A stretch of 64,000 bases of DNA from Antedon mediterranea (taxonomy: Eukaryota > Animalia > Echinodermata), in contig NC_092680.1 of assembly GCF_964355755.1 (NCBI RefSeq), forward strand, positions 20,345,045 through 20,409,044. Direction: 5' to 3'. Every line of letters begins with the position of its first letter. Within the stretch, counting starts at the first letter, position 1. Below, piece after piece: positions 26,809 to 41,700 of the stretch. Both the position numbers and the translations under genes were made by a program. The notes beneath the pieces were generated by a model. It saw only the letters and a list, made by a program, of their open reading frames with translations. It was not told the DNA's origin and searched no databases.

Positions 26809-26963
26809 AATAATGTATACATTATAATGTACACACGAATCTCTTTATACCAGCAAACTACGTTGACTAACTCTTACTTTAAGACCTGAAGTTACCTGGA
26901 TAGTAATTACATTATTTTACAATTATAAAGTGTTCTTATTTTTTATTTAGGCGTCCAGTTTAA

Positions 26964-28004
26964 ATGGCTAACGTTACAGACTACGAGAAGAATGTGTTGC
27001 ATGGTCACCCTGCTATTTTGGTAATCCGTTACACCATTGGAATTGTAGGCGTACTAGCTAACCTTCTTGTCGTATTGGTTTTCATTTTCAAGAAAATTCA
27101 AAAGAAATCCTCCACACATCTTCTGATTTTCCACCAGTCTTGGGTTGACATGGCTGGTAGTCTGATGTTCGTCATCTACTATACAAGAGATCCTCCAGTC
27201 GGAGTAGCTGGTGAGATATTCTGTAAATCAAGAGCGATATTTTGGTATCTGCTGTACGTCTCGACAAACAATTTAGTCCTGGTGACGATTGAGAGATATG
27301 TAGCCGTACTGCATTCAAATTGGTACAGGATGAAGTTCAGCAGACGTAAAAGAAAAGGACTGGTTTTAATCATTCCTCATTTTATCGCACTTGTGATGGC
27401 TATGTATTTGGCAGTTGCTGCAACAGTTAATAAAGACAAGGCCTGGCAATGTGACTACAATGTTACTACAAGAACTTTAGAGGTTTTATCTGGTATATTA
27501 GTCTTCATGTTTTGTTGGCTTATACCAACCACACTCATGATATACTGCTACGCTCGTATTTTTAATATGATTAAGGAAAAAGTAAAGATTGAAGTTTCCC
27601 GATCTCAACACGATTTAACCAGTTCAGGAGGAAAACAAAATTCCGTAACCCCTAAGAACAAAATGTACGGTAGAGCTCAACAAAACCTTATTGTCACACT
27701 TTTCTGCGTTTTTATCGCGTTTATAATTTGCATTACACCAAACTTTGCGCTGTACATGACGTATGCGTTATGTAGGTGTTTCGAGTTCAACTCGAGTCCT
27801 GTACATGAGATAACTGTAACGCTACTTGCTATAAATCTAAGCGTCAACCCGTTCATTTACGCGTTTAAGTTTAACGACTTTCGAAAAGGACTGCAGAAGC
27901 TTAAACAAGAGTGTTTGGTTAAAGTTGGATTTGACGTGTCTGATACCCCCTTCACGGAAAGCACAGCAGATGAGCCTGACACAAACGAACAATTAAATAA
28001 TTAA
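26964..28004 (+). CDS. Rhodopsin-family orphan GPCR, paralog 2
   Basis: 7 TM, ERY, NPFIY; highly similar to 20851-21888 and 58059-59000; tttag acceptor just upstream. Confidence 0.9.
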   Translation: MANVTDYEKNVLHGHPAILVIRYTIGIVGVLANLLVVLVFIFKKIQKKSSTHLLIFHQSWVDMAGSLMFVIYYTRDPPVGVAGEIFCKSRAIFWYLLYVSTNNLVLVTIERYVAVLHSNWYRMKFSRRKRKGLVLIIPHFIALVMAMYLAVAATVNKDKAWQCDYNVTTRTLEVLSGILVFMFCWLIPTTLMIYCYARIFNMIKEKVKIEVSRSQHDLTSSGGKQNSVTPKNKMYGRAQQNLIVTLFCVFIAFIICITPNFALYMTYALCRCFEFNSSPVHEITVTLLAINLSVNPFIYAFKFNDFRKGLQKLKQECLVKVGFDVSDTPFTESTADEPDTNEQLNN

Positions 28005-28182
28005 TTTACAATTTTAAGTAAAAAAGTCGAAAAATATATTTTATCCTAATGGCATTGGCTAATTGTTCATTCATTCCGATGAGTAGTTATTATAATTGTC
28101 TCTATAAATACAAAATCGAAAATATAACAGCTGTAACTGATAAACAAGACCGTAAGTCGGCCCAGAAAGGAGGGTGTGAAGA

Positions 28183-28219
28183 TGTGTTTGTGTGTGTGTG
28201 TGGGGGGTGGGGGGGGGGG
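28183..28219. repeat. (GT)n plus poly-G microsatellite
   Basis: Directly visible. Confidence 0.85.
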
Positions 28220-29659
28220 CGTTGATTCTTTGTTTGTACGAAAAATAGTGTGTATGCAGATTGTTTCTCCAAATTATTGATGTCATTTAATATCTTCAAA
28301 AAGGGAGCAACGTAGATGTTCCATATCACAACATGAAAATTAACTCAATTTTATTATGTATACAAACAAAACTGTCAACTCACTTTTTGTTAAAATATAA
28401 TAACAATTATTACAATGTAGGCCTGTGTATTCCTTGAAGTCTAATTATTTGATAAAAGCAACATCATTAGATCATTATAGTCTATTATTATATCCCACAC
28501 GTTATACACAAATTTGTACAAAAGGCCCACATGTAGCATTGTTCTGCAAACTTACGTACATGAGCTCCTCAGAAATAATATGAACTCCAGTGGTTTGAGC
28601 AATTTCTGACAACTTAAAGTGATGTATGACAAAACTAAAGATTCAGATTCAATTTTATTTGCCAATTTAAAATGGAAATAGTATGAGTATATTTTTAACA
28701 TTAAATTCTAAAATGTATATTAATAAAGTTATTACTATATAAAAATATTTAAACATACTTGAGATAATTATTTTAAAACAATCAATAAATAACGTGTATT
28801 ATTTACAGAAAGACAGATAGTGAACGCTAATTTAATTTCAACTAAATATAGGAATAAAATGGATGGAATGTACAGAGAGAAAGGCTGGAATTGGAATAAT
28901 GGAATTGGTGTTAATGTCTGCAATCTGGACACGAACAAGATATAGGACATAGAGAAGCACTGATGCACTATGATGGCAAAATAATTATCTCTAACAATTG
29001 GCTCTTCTACTTTCATCCATTCGTCATCAATATTAGATACTAACAAATAGCATGAGAAAGTGAAAACAAAAATATGTATATACACCAAGGTCTAACATGA
29101 TAATGGTGTTGGAAAAATTGAAAAAAAAATTAAACATGGGAAAACGGAGTGAAATACTTGGTGAAATCAAAGATTTTAGAAAGTATTTTAAAGAATCAGC
29201 CTTTGGTAAAAAATGCAGCGACCGACAGAGGGCGCAGTATTTGAAAAATTAAAATTGTCATCCCTTGTAATTGTAGACTTCATTCATTCAATCGCCGGAA
29301 AAAATAAACTTTAGTTAAAAGTATTTATATCAGTTTAGTCAACTTTAGATTGATTAATAAATAAAAAATAAAATAATAAAATATACTATAGCTCATAGTG
29401 AACTTAATAAAACAAAACTCATTTGACTTCTTCTTGTCAATTTGATCATTTTTTAACAGTTTTTTCAGGTAAATAATTTTGTTTTATTACATTTTTTGTC
29501 AAAGTGAATAACTATAATGTGACAATAAAGTGGTTTATTCAGGGAGTTGTAAAATAAATTTTACAACTCCCTGGTTTATTCAACAACAACATAATTAAAA
29601 AAGTTATTTTTTATGGGGACAACTCTATCTGGTGATGATATGGAAAAAAGATCTTAAGA

Positions 29660-29810
29660 TCTGTAATTGCGCCACCTACCGGAAATGACGCATTGTTTTT
29701 TTTTCTCGCTGATCTAGGCCTAGCCTTCACTCTTGATGTAAATACACACTCAAAAGTCTGAATTTTCTGTGGGAAGTTCAGCGTTATTTGTTATTGGATG
29801 GACGGTGAGT
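29660..29810 (+). promoter_or_regulatory. Probable promoter and non-coding first exon of the AKAP7-like gene
   Basis: ETS-like ccggaa, CRE half-site tgacg and a CTCF-like word at 29669-29690; strong donor gacg|gtgagt at 29805 followed by an aggcctag-rich tract. Confidence 0.5.
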
Positions 29811-31709
29811 TAGACATTTATTTGTAGACTTACGATATCCGTAGTATTTTGTTTTATTATGCAGCCTGTGCTTATCATATGACATAAAATTAAAATAACA
29901 TAAAGACTCCAGAGACCAAGCTAGGCTAGCTAGGCGTAGGGGCCTACAGTACAGGCCTAGTACCTGGTGCGGTTAAGTAGGTCTAGGCTAGGCCGCGTTT
30001 ACCTGAGAATGTCAGTGAAGAGTATGTTGGACCTAGGCCTAGCTTTATCATCTGATAGCTAGTATGTTAGGTTTGTTGATTGGCTAGGCGAAGTTTGTCA
30101 ATTATAAATGACCACCCGGGGCCTTCATAATCATTCATAATCATATATTTTTGTTAAATCCACCTTTTTAACGAAACGAAAGACATCTTCGATTGTTGTT
30201 GACAAACACAATGCTGTGCAGGGAAGCGTAACCAACAAAAATAAAATAGCGTTTTCATGGGATTTCAGGACCCCATGTTAATTAAAAAATCATAACACTT
30301 ATGAATTGAGGGTCGTATGAGAAAACAATGTTATTGTAAAATGATTTTGATTCGTTCTCTTGTTTATTTCTGTTTATTTGTGTGATAAAGTCACTAAAAG
30401 ATGATACTGTTATAATGGCTTTTTCATATTCTTATGCTCATATCATTTTTCATGATATAGACATTATGCGCAGCATATTACCAACAGAAATAACATAATG
30501 TGTCTTAGTCAAGTACATTTTTGGAGAACAAATATTAATACTTTTAAATCATTCTTTAACGAACAGTTGTACAGTATGGATATAGGCCTAGTATGGATAT
30601 TTCAAATTTAAGTAATCTATGTTTAGGAAATTAAAACAAATTTTCTTTGTCTAGGCCTTAAAACTATAATACATTTTTGAATAAGAATTTCAGTAATTTA
30701 CAGAATATACCAAATTCCTAAAACATCTTTATTTAAACAAAATTCAATCTACTGTATTATTCCTAAGTTTAAAACTGAATATTGTTATATTTTGGAATAA
30801 ATTGTGGAACGTGTAAAAATAAATCCATATTTGCTATTAATAAAAATATGAAAGCCGTTAACAAATTATTAACAAAATACTAATATTCTATCTTACAGTA
30901 GTATAAATTCCTATAATTCATTTTTGTTGGCCTTTTCTATATCATTGTCTGGTTTTATTCATATCATTTCATGGTTGACCAACGACGTTCTCGGTTCTGT
31001 TGTGTTGATCTTATCTCACGATCTGATCTCTATTGTTGCAAATTGAATTAACGTTGTTGTCTGCAAAAATACCCCGCAGTTGGATATGTTCAACTGCAGC
31101 CTACATGTTTTGTATTGTTCTTGGGTGCTTGGGAAATTGTGAAACAGTGAATGCTGTGATATGAATCACCGGGAAAAAGAATACATTTAGATTTGTATGC
31201 ATAGAGAATATTTCAAATTGTTTGCTCAACCTACAGTCAATCATTAGACCATGACATTAGGAACATACATTCATTTAAATTGCTACAATGTGTATTCCTT
31301 TCTCAAAACAAGGGATATGGGTCATTTTCACAGACAGACAGACCGAGTGTGTTTGCATCATTGGCAAAACTCTGGTCATGTTAATATCACATTACCAATT
31401 GGCCTGTCATAATAATTAATACAGTACAAAACGATTACCTGTACAAAAAAACTGAACTATTACAGAATATAATGAATTTGTTTCAAGTAAATATAGTGGT
31501 ACAAATGAGGCATCCAGCTGTTGTAAAGAAATTGGTCTAAAACGAATTTTTAGCTCCAAAAATAGCTTTATAACTTTATAGCCAAGATTTCAAATCTACC
31601 CCAGCTCAATTTTCATCGGTCGTTTGTTTTAGGTGGAGAGAGAGGAAAAGTTTTAAAAGCTGTATCACACTTTATTTTACCCAAGACAAATACATGGGTG
31701 TAATTATCC

Positions 31710-32062
31710 CATTTGATTCAGATTTCGATTATCAAAAAACGCCGACAGGAATGAATTAACTCGGGCTCTTAATAAGGACTAGGCCTAGTCCAGTTTAATT
31801 TTACTGGGCAAGTGGGACTGCCATGTTTTAGCGCATTTGATTCAGATTTTCATTATCAAAAATTGAAAAAAAAGTAAATTATGTCGGGGCTCTTAATAAG
31901 GACTAGGCCTAGCCCAGTTTAGTTTTACTTGGCAAGTGGGACTGTCATGTTTTAGCGCATTTGATTCAGATTTCCATTATCAAAAAGTGAATTAAGTCGG
32001 GGCTCTTAATAAGGCCTAGCCCAGTTTAGTTTTACTGGGCAAGTGGGACTGCCATGTTTTAG
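31710..32062. repeat. ~120-125-bp tandem repeat, 3 copies (intronic)
   Basis: catttgattcagattt ... gggctcttaataagg ... ggcaagtgggactgccatgttttagc occurs three times. Confidence 0.9.
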
Positions 32063-32780
32063 CACACTAACTCTATCCACACCATTTTGTTGCTAACAAG
32101 ACATATGATGACTAATGATAAAGTGTGTGGAATTCTGTTTATTGTTGAACTAGTCTGGCTTTTGTTTTTCCTTTCTATGAATTTGTTGAAGGTGAAGGCC
32201 AATCGTTGTTCTGACATTATTTTTTCCCCTAAATTAAATTTTGTAATACAATACTTAGAATTACAATTAACTTTTCCATTTAAAATATAAACAATTGAAA
32301 TATTAACAACAAAATAATAAAAACATTTCAAATGTCTTTCCTATTTCTATTTTGTTGACTACTACAGTAGCTATTTATCATGGTATAATTATGCAGGTGA
32401 TTTCCAGTATATTATTTCCTGTACAAAGTAAATAGTACAATGGTATCACAGTCTATACAGTAGTATTATTACTAGTATAGTATACTATTATTACTGTATT
32501 TTCTAGAATTTACTGAACATTTGTTTAAAACATAGAAAATTTCAGAATGAGTGTGTAGTTGTATTCTTCTTGTACTATATGTTCCAAACTATTTTAATAA
32601 ATATATATATTTTTTTTTTTTCAGGTCACATGACCATTGGAGTGATGTCATTGATCAGCTAGTGTGTGCCACACCTACTAATGTTACAGACTGATATAAG
32701 CCAGGTGATTCTGTCTCCATTTTCAAACCGCTTTTTACCTCTTTTTACCTCTTTTTAGTTTTTTCCATCGTCAAGTTCTT

Positions 32781-35700
32781 ATGCCTAGAAACTATAACAA
32801 TTACTATGGCAACTACTACAATGGCCGCCAGCAGCAACAGCGACGAAACTGGCGAGGTCGTTATGAAGACGGCGATCTTGAATGGGACAATTATGATTTG
32901 GGAAGTGGAGGACAACGCAACGTAAAAGACAAACGTTACCATAATCGTAACAATCCGAATCATTTTCACCGCTACTCCAACTTCCCGTCGTCGACTGACT
33001 CGGAATTGGAATGGGATGATTATGATCTACGACAGAAACAAGAAGAGTGCTTAGAAGGGCTGGAGTCAATATTACCTTTGGTTCGACATTTTTCTTTTGC
33101 ATTTTTGCACCTTGTTCAACTGTTTTTTCTACGATCCACTGTTATCAGTAACAAAAAAATACTAATAAACTCATCAATAACACTAATAAGAGCAATATAA
33201 TATTTTCACTGCTGTACAGTATAATACAAATAATAATAGTGTGACTCCTCAATGTGTTAATAATAATACTTTCTTGTACTTCTGGGGTCAACAAGGTCCC
33301 TTTCAAACACATTACAAACCCATAATTCAACTACTAATTACAAACAATGTGATACTGTTGGCAGTTCTTGTGGTTTGAGTTTATTGCTATGTAACAATTA
33401 ACATAATTTTCAGTTTTATTTTATGTTACTTTGTAGTGCATGTATTGTTGGAAAAAATTGAAACCTTTTAAAATTATTTCTTCAGGTAGTAGATGTTTAG
33501 ATACAGATAAGAGAAATCATTTCCAACTAATTGCATTTACAGCAGTTACCATAAAACATTATTATTTTAGTATCTGTAATAAAAATACTAAATTCTAATG
33601 TTATTATAATGTAAATGTTTTTAAATGATGAAAATATCTGCTTATGTACTGTAGTCGATAATTAGAATTGGAAGTCCAATTAATGAGTTTTCCTTTGAAA
33701 TAAGGTAGGAAATTAAATTGAATTTGTTGATGTTGGTAGTTTTTGTCCATACTCCACTGTTGGCAAACATCCAAAAATAGTTTAAATGACCTTTGACCTT
33801 CCTAATAAAACGTCCTCTTGGGTATAAATTATAGAAATTAATTTTTTTTTAAACAAAGAAGGTACTGTAACTCAAGGCTGTTTTTAGTATTTACCGAAAA
33901 TAGATCAACAATTTTCTTTTTTTAACTTCTAAAACATGATTGTAAACAGATTAGATTGAACTAGAAACAACAGGTTTCTAAAATGAAACCATTTAAGATG
34001 ATATTAAACAAATGTATTTAGTTAAAAACATAGTTACTTAGACACTGTTAATTAATGCAAAAGGTTGATTGTTAATGTTACTTCTTTTTTTCTGGTGTAT
34101 GTTTGGATATTTTCATATTCTGGAGCTTTCGGTTTATGACAGCTGGCGACCCAACTGGGTCAGGTCAATCGATGTGTCGTGGGTCGGCTTCTAAACCTAG
34201 AAACGATCAAACTGTTAGGAGAGCGGGAGTGAAGAAACGCATAGCAAAATCCACGCATGCGCACAGGGAATTAACATTTGGTTATTGTTCGTTGCCAATT
34301 GAATAGATCTACAGTATATTTATAGGCTCCTCATACAGCTCCATGTCTCTTATCTTCAAGTTCTAATATAAAGCAAAGTCAATCTCAAAAGTTTTTGTAA
34401 TTTGTTGTAAATGTTTTTATTTCCATTCTTGTCATGCATCTTTGGACAGTGAGGTTTGTTGGGCAGAAGGCTAAGCTGTAATTGAATAAATTACCACAAA
34501 CTATATTGAATGTCCCCTGAACCTTTTATGATTTAATACCTTATTCCTTTCTTCTTCTCTTGGGATTAAGTGAAATGCTTGTTCTTTCTTTGTTGAAATA
34601 GGAAAAGGAAAAGTGTGGTTAAAATGCTGATTAGTTTTAAAAAATAAAATAAGTTTTTCATGGTTTGGAAGTCTTACATTTTTGAAAAATTTTTTATCGA
34701 TGTTATAACCTGGACTTTTAAATCTTTCTGTTATAAATCTGCTTTAACCAAGCTTTTGAATTTCGCCTCACATTAGTCTGAGATGCAATTTCTCAAAATG
34801 TATTTTTCCCCTAAAAAATGTAAAATTTTAAAATCAGAAAATTGTTTTTTTTTTAATTTTTAGATCCAGTTTTTGGCCAAATGAAAAAAAAAAATTATTA
34901 CGTGACTTAAAATTGCATTTCAAAACATTTTTTAAGGGATACAATAATATATCTTTAACATTTAATGTTTTATTTATGTCATCTTTAACTTATTTCATTT
35001 TTTTCTTTTCTTTTAATTTTCCCTCTTATTACTGGATCTTCCTTGCATGGCAGGCTTTACTAAGGTAACATTATCATGTTGATCCATGTAGCATTGTGTT
35101 TCCAAGGTAACATCCGTGTACACCCAATGTATACTGTTAAAAAGTAATGCCTCTATGTTGTGCTGTATGCCTTGCATTTAAAATGTTTATTTTTAATATT
35201 TATTTTCATTAAAACAAATTCAACATTTTTTTTTTCATTTTCCAAACACACTTATCAATCAAAACATGTTCATTGATATAATAATTGTGTCCCTTTAGAA
35301 GGAATAATTATGTGATTGGTTTTGTTAAATTGTTTATATATTATTATTTATTATATGATTTATATCATAATTTGTTGTTGTTGCTGTCCAGTGTATGTTT
35401 CTTATTGTTTCTGCCCAGACTTTCCTGTGTCTTATGTGTTTTGTTTCTCATCTAGTATGTCTTTGCACTACTGTATTTTTTCTTGTTTCTGTTAAAATTC
35501 TGAAATGTATTCGTTTTTGTTGTTTCTGTCTTGTTGTGTCTTAAATGTGTTAATTTTCTTTCTGGTTGTTTTTATCTTGTTTCTTGGTGTTTCTATCTTT
35601 TGTCTTAAATGTGTTCCATTATTGTTTCTTGTTGTTTGTCAGGTGATTTTTCTTTTCTTTTTCGTTTTTGTTTCTTTGTTTTTTGTTTGCAGCATTCTTG

Positions 35701-38700
35701 ACAATGTTGTAGCTGTAACCTGTCAGTAATGCATGTTTTCATATACTATTCTTCTATTTTAGTTCACAACCTCTGTTTACAGTTATTTTCCGTGACTCTG
35801 CAAGAATTCATGATACTTTGACCCTAAACCACTCACCACCACATTGTACTTTACTTTAATAAGATGCATGTGATTTTCATTTATATTTCCCTCTGTTTAT
35901 TCTCTCGTCTATCTTTAATTTAAGAATTTTCTAAACTTTTAAGAGTACCTCTTTCAACACAAACATAATATAACACATAAAGAAACCTATTGGTTTTTTG
36001 TCTTTATTATCAATTAGTAATAACAGTCTTTATCTAGGTCTAACTAATGGAACTTTTCAGGCACTCAATTTGGCAAAAACTATGTGAGACGGACTAGGGG
36101 AAAAGCATAACCCCCTTCTACTGTATTTTATCCAAATTTAATTACTAATTTAATTACGGTATTCATTCCTTGGTTTCCTAATAATATGTCTAATTTATTT
36201 TTCTACTATAAAAGTAAAAGATAAGATAGTATTGTTCAATTTTGTTTATTTTATAGGGATGATCTTGGTATTGTTTTGTGAGGTTCGATATACTTTATTT
36301 AGGGATCTTATTGAAAATGTGTAAACAAGTGTCTAGGCCTACTGAACATGATGCATTTCAAACTCTCTGATTTTCAACATTGCAAATTACTCAAAAATAC
36401 TTTTGACTACTATACATTTTTTTTTATTTCTAAATGCTAGACATTAATTTATACATTTTAAAATTAAGAGATGCTTACTATATTATATAACTTGAAATGA
36501 AATAAAATTTAATGACAAAAAAGATTCAGAACCATCATGGAACCATTCTCAAAAACAACTAAGTAAAATTAACAACTAAATAAAATAAAATACAAAGCAC
36601 AAAAGGGTGAGAGGAAATACTTATAAACATTTTAAGGTATTTGATTTAATCCAATGTTAAAGGGAAAAAATAAAATGCTATTTATTTATAAACTCAAAAA
36701 GACAATGTTTGTACAGAAGTTCAATAAATATAAAGTTTATATCTATAATGATGTTGTATATCATTGAACAGTCTGATTTAAATATTGTAATAGATTGTTA
36801 TCATTACACTCTTGGGGATCTAATCTTGGAGTCTGATCTACTCTTGACTATTTCCCCAACCCTGGATGCGTTAGTCAGACCACTCAAATGCACCAGTTAA
36901 ATATGATGCACCATTTAAATAATGATGACATCTGTCTGTTGTAGAAGACAGTTAATGCTGGCCTCCAGCCAGACTGTCTGTCAGTGTACCATGGTAGGAA
37001 AAAAATCACCTAATTTCTTCATTTTAACATTGAATTTTTTCCCAACTAAAAGACTAATATTTAAAATTGAAAATATACCGGATATAATGATGTATATACT
37101 TTCATAAAAAAAAAATTTGGTTCATTTCTGAAAAACGTCTTTACAATTTTGTAATTATATCAGCTGCTGCTTTTACATATTTTTTTTGAGAGCTTTTCAT
37201 ACTTACGCACCGAATTGTTTAAGGTGATGTCGTGAATAATGTTGCTGAACTTTTGACAGCATAGTAGAATTAAAAGATAAACTTGAGTTTTATGACAACA
37301 TTTTTGGCAAACATGTTTCGTTGTTACGCCGAACAACATCATCAGTGCAATGACATTTGATCTTAGACGTTCTAGCTATGAATATATATATTTGTTTTTT
37401 CCCCTTTGCATTACTATGTTTGATCTTATTGGAGTGGTGTAACTTTATTTTAAATGTCAGTAAAATTTTTGTGACCTAATGGACACAGTAGGTAGATATG
37501 TGTAGGAAAAATGCCAACGATGCATCGACTATGGTAATTCAGTATTAGTTCTAGAGACAGTCAATCAGTTGTTAAAAGTGATGATATCCATTCGGTCGTG
37601 TTTTGGGACAGTATGGTACAAATTATGACTATAGAAATGCTTTAATGTAGAATGTCAATCAATGACAGGGAGTAGGAATGCTAGTTGACCATACCCAGTA
37701 ATGTTTTGATCATTTAGGAAGTGATCATGTACAGTACCATTAAATGGTTTATGTTGAAAACGAAACTAAAACTGGCATGCACAATGTTTGTAGCAAATAT
37801 AATTAACTAATAGTTGAATGAACTGTAAATTTGCTTTATTTTTACAGCAAAACTATCTCAACCAGTTTAGAATGGAATACAATAGACAGATGTTTTGCCC
37901 TACTCTGACGTAATTTGTACTTTATACTAAGTACAGTGAGAATACTAAGGCTAGTAATCTGGAGCTTGTGGGTTCGAGTTCCACCCGAGACAATTACTCG
38001 ACAAACAGCCTGATGCAAACCTACTCTACAGTAGTTACAAATAATTAATTATAGTCTACCGTATGCTATAATATAAGAGAGAACGTTTGTACGTCTTTTC
38101 CTAAAATACAAATTCTTGTGAATTGTACTGGGAAGGTTTTAAACAACATTTTAAAAATACCTGTGCTGATAACCGCTTTGTGGCAGATAACTTTTCTATT
38201 TAAGATATGAAATATATCTCAACCTGAGAAAATAATACGATAGACTTTAAGTAGTAATTATGATCTATGAGAGAAAGAGAGTTTGTATGTTTGTTCTTAC
38301 AAATTCTTGTGAATTGTACTGAGAAGGTTTTAAAAAACATTTTAAAAATACCTGTGCTGGTAACCGCTTTGTGGCAGGTATCTACTACTGTACAGTAATC
38401 AATAGAAAACATTACCAGTATATTAATTATCTATAAAGCTTTGATATTAGAAGTAGCTGGTGTAGAAATCATGACCAATGACTGTAGTTTCATATTTTAT
38501 CATTTCTTTCTGGAGTGTTATTTACAGGTGCTTAAAATATTTTGTTGATTACTGTACTTAACATACTGTAGAATGCTGAAATATTGTGTTTGATTTTACA
38601 CTAGGTAACTGTAGTAGGCAACTCATTAGAAATTTACTATACTGTAGGGTAGATTTGTGGCACATTTTCTTGTTCACTAGTAGTAGTATGTTAAATTGTG

Positions 38701-41700
38701 ATTCTGGGTTCAAGCCAATTTTGTATTTTAGTTCAAGCAAGATCTTGTGTTTTTCTGCAGTATATAACCTTATCACATTTCTCTGCTCAGGTTGTTGTTG
38801 TTGCTCTCTCCCTCTCTTTAAAATGTTATGGTGACATTGTATTCTTTAGTCTCTCTCTATCTATCCTTCTCTTCAACATCCAGCTCTAAACAGATTGTTG
38901 CTAACTTAATTTAACATAATTGTTTGGTTATTAATTGATCTTGTGGATTCATTATTTGATAAATAAAATAAAAATAATACTATTAATAAAATAAAAATAT
39001 TTGATTACAATAAAATACAACATTATTGCCCAATAAAATGATGGAAATCATATTGCTCATTGAAAAGCATGTGTTGTGTGGTATCATTTTACGCATGATG
39101 CATGAAAAATTTAAAAAAATAGACAACAACCATTAATTGACATAAACCTGTATGTAACAATTCGAAAAAATAAATGCACTAGTAACAGTATGTTTTTTTT
39201 AAAATAAATATATTTATTGTTGAAACATGGACAGGTTACATTTTTTGTGCAATGCAAGATGAACACAGATCAATTATAAGCACCTGTCCACACCACTTCA
39301 AATGTTAATTATTAACCAACCATTAGATTTGATCCCAGCAAGTTTATAAAGTTTCAACATGTGGTTTACCAATGCGGGATAATTACACTGTTTTTCATTT
39401 TTTATATTTTTGTATCTTCACAGCTAAACGAATTAAATAAAGCTCCACGATTTCATGGAAATTTCAACTCAAGGGGTCGTTACAACAGATCATATGGACG
39501 CTATCATGATGATATACGAATGCGTCGTTTTAAAATTAATCAGGACTATTTTGTCTTAAACGGATATTCAAGTCTTTCACATAACTGGGAAAATAATCGT
39601 GGAAATAAGCATTATAATAATAATAGACGGAATGGTTATGACCGACATAATGGTTACGACAGATACGGATATAAGCGAGATGGAGGTCGTCCTGACCAGA
39701 AATTCTACAGTGCACGGGATCGTATAGGTCGTCCATCAAATTTGCCGATTGATGATTGGTTAATGAGCAACACGTTTAGTCTGATGCAAAACAAGCGACG
39801 TTTAAAGGATGTTAATTTATATACGTTATCGCCGCAAGATTTAGAACCGTATGACTCTTCGCAAAATGGATCTGTAGCCGATCTTAGTGATTTAGGCTTG
39901 TGTAAGTGTAGATTTGGAAATAATGCTTTTAACAACTATCAAACCACGCAAATACATGTTAGAAATAGATTGTGTGATCAGTACAATCCGCGCCCTTCAT
40001 CGCCTGATAATTACCACTGCGATTGCTATCAACTTTGCAATAATCTCAATTCGCATCATCCATTTTGTGGCGAATGCCAAGATAGGTATAATTTAATCAG
40101 AAATAATCCTCATAGCATTGCGTATCTTCAACATATACAACAGTACAGTTTGTACTGGGAAAAAGATTCTGATAACGACAAGATGTTTGGGTTCAAAAAA
40201 CGTCGTAAGAAGGAGGGCCTCGATAAACTTTCACCCGAGGCATTCGGCCCACAGCAAGGCAATGTTAAGTATAGGGGCGGTAGTTGTAGTAGTAGTGTTG
40301 TTAGTAGAGATTCTTATGAAGACGATACTGATATATGTACTTGTGTGCAATTAGATCATAACTTACATACTGTTGAATTTCATTCTAACACTTCTCACAA
40401 AACTCTCTGTCACCACTGTTATGGGAAACAGGATAACAAAGTTGATGTAGATCTAGAACTAACCAACAGCTTTTGTAAGGGTGGTTCTGGAAGTAGTCCA
40501 GATTTCTTGGGTGCATCTCAAGGTGATCATCTGGTTTTGGGTTCTTCCGGTGACCCTGCTTCCTTGGTGTCGGAAACTGCTGATAGGTGTCTTCGTCAAC
40601 GACCGGAATCGTTTTATTCGACTTGCACTATATCAGGTAGAAAGCTTAATTCACATTGCTTGCTTGCTTCCGATTCTAACATCGCAAAGTACGATACCAT
40701 TCATAATATCACTTCTTCAAACATTAATACTGGTGGAGGTTCATTTCATTTTTCACTTAATAATAGACCTTTAACACCACCAGAGCATGACTCAACTAAT
40801 GCATCTATCTTTACTAGTAGATATACCGATGATGGAAATGATTCTAAAGCAAAATCTGATTCAGCAACAGAAACTAACAAACCTGACTTTACAGTCAAAA
40901 GTACAGTCAGAACCGACGTTAATGAATCAAAGGAAAGTCTGATTGATTGTGACGATAACTTCGAAACTAGTATGGACACGCGTTCTGATGACGCTAACAT
41001 ATTTGAAGTGAAAGATATTGATGTCTCCGATTGCCTTATGATAAATGCTTCAAACGACTTTGCCTGTCAGGCTACCAAAGAACCTAATATATTGGTTACT
41101 AATTTAAAGGACAGTCATTCAGTTACTGAGGAACTAATACTACTAACCAATAATACAGGAGTGCACACAACTAAACATGATACTAAGCATGCTTGCTTGA
41201 CTACCAGTGAGATTAGCATAGAAAATAAGGTTGCACCTGACTCATTCACTAAACCATGTATTGAGCACGCACCTACATTCCAGTCGTCTGCCACTGGTTC
41301 TTTGCAGACATCCATTTTAGGGCCTAGCTTCTTTTCAGATGATGACCTAGGATTGGATCTGTCGGTTGGCAGAAGTGCTGATGGTGATGACGATACAGTC
41401 AGTTTGACTAGTGTCGCAAGTTTAGCTGATGGTACGTTTTTAGCATGCATATTTTTTTTTGTGTCTATTTTATCCATCTCCAGTCCTCAAAATCAGCTTA
41501 TCAACTTTTCATTTGATTGCCGTTCTCAACCTTTTATCAATTGCTTTATCAACTTTTTACCAATTAGCTTTAAGCTCTGTCTACACTATCAAACTAGTTT
41601 GCCAAAAAGTGTGATGAACCCAAATATGGTAGTGATATGCCCAGATATCATGTCCATATATGGGCACATCACATTTTTTTGTCGCATAAAGTTTGATAGT

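Noticed and set aside
34103-34306. GC-richer intronic island with a 67-aa ORF
   Set aside because: Non-ATG start, no convincing splice sites or family similarity; could be regulatory or a repeat but cannot be supported.
35505-35729. 74-aa hydrophobic membrane peptide
   Set aside because: Translation of a T-rich intronic tract; only its last ~22 nt before gtaacc is considered as a possible microexon.
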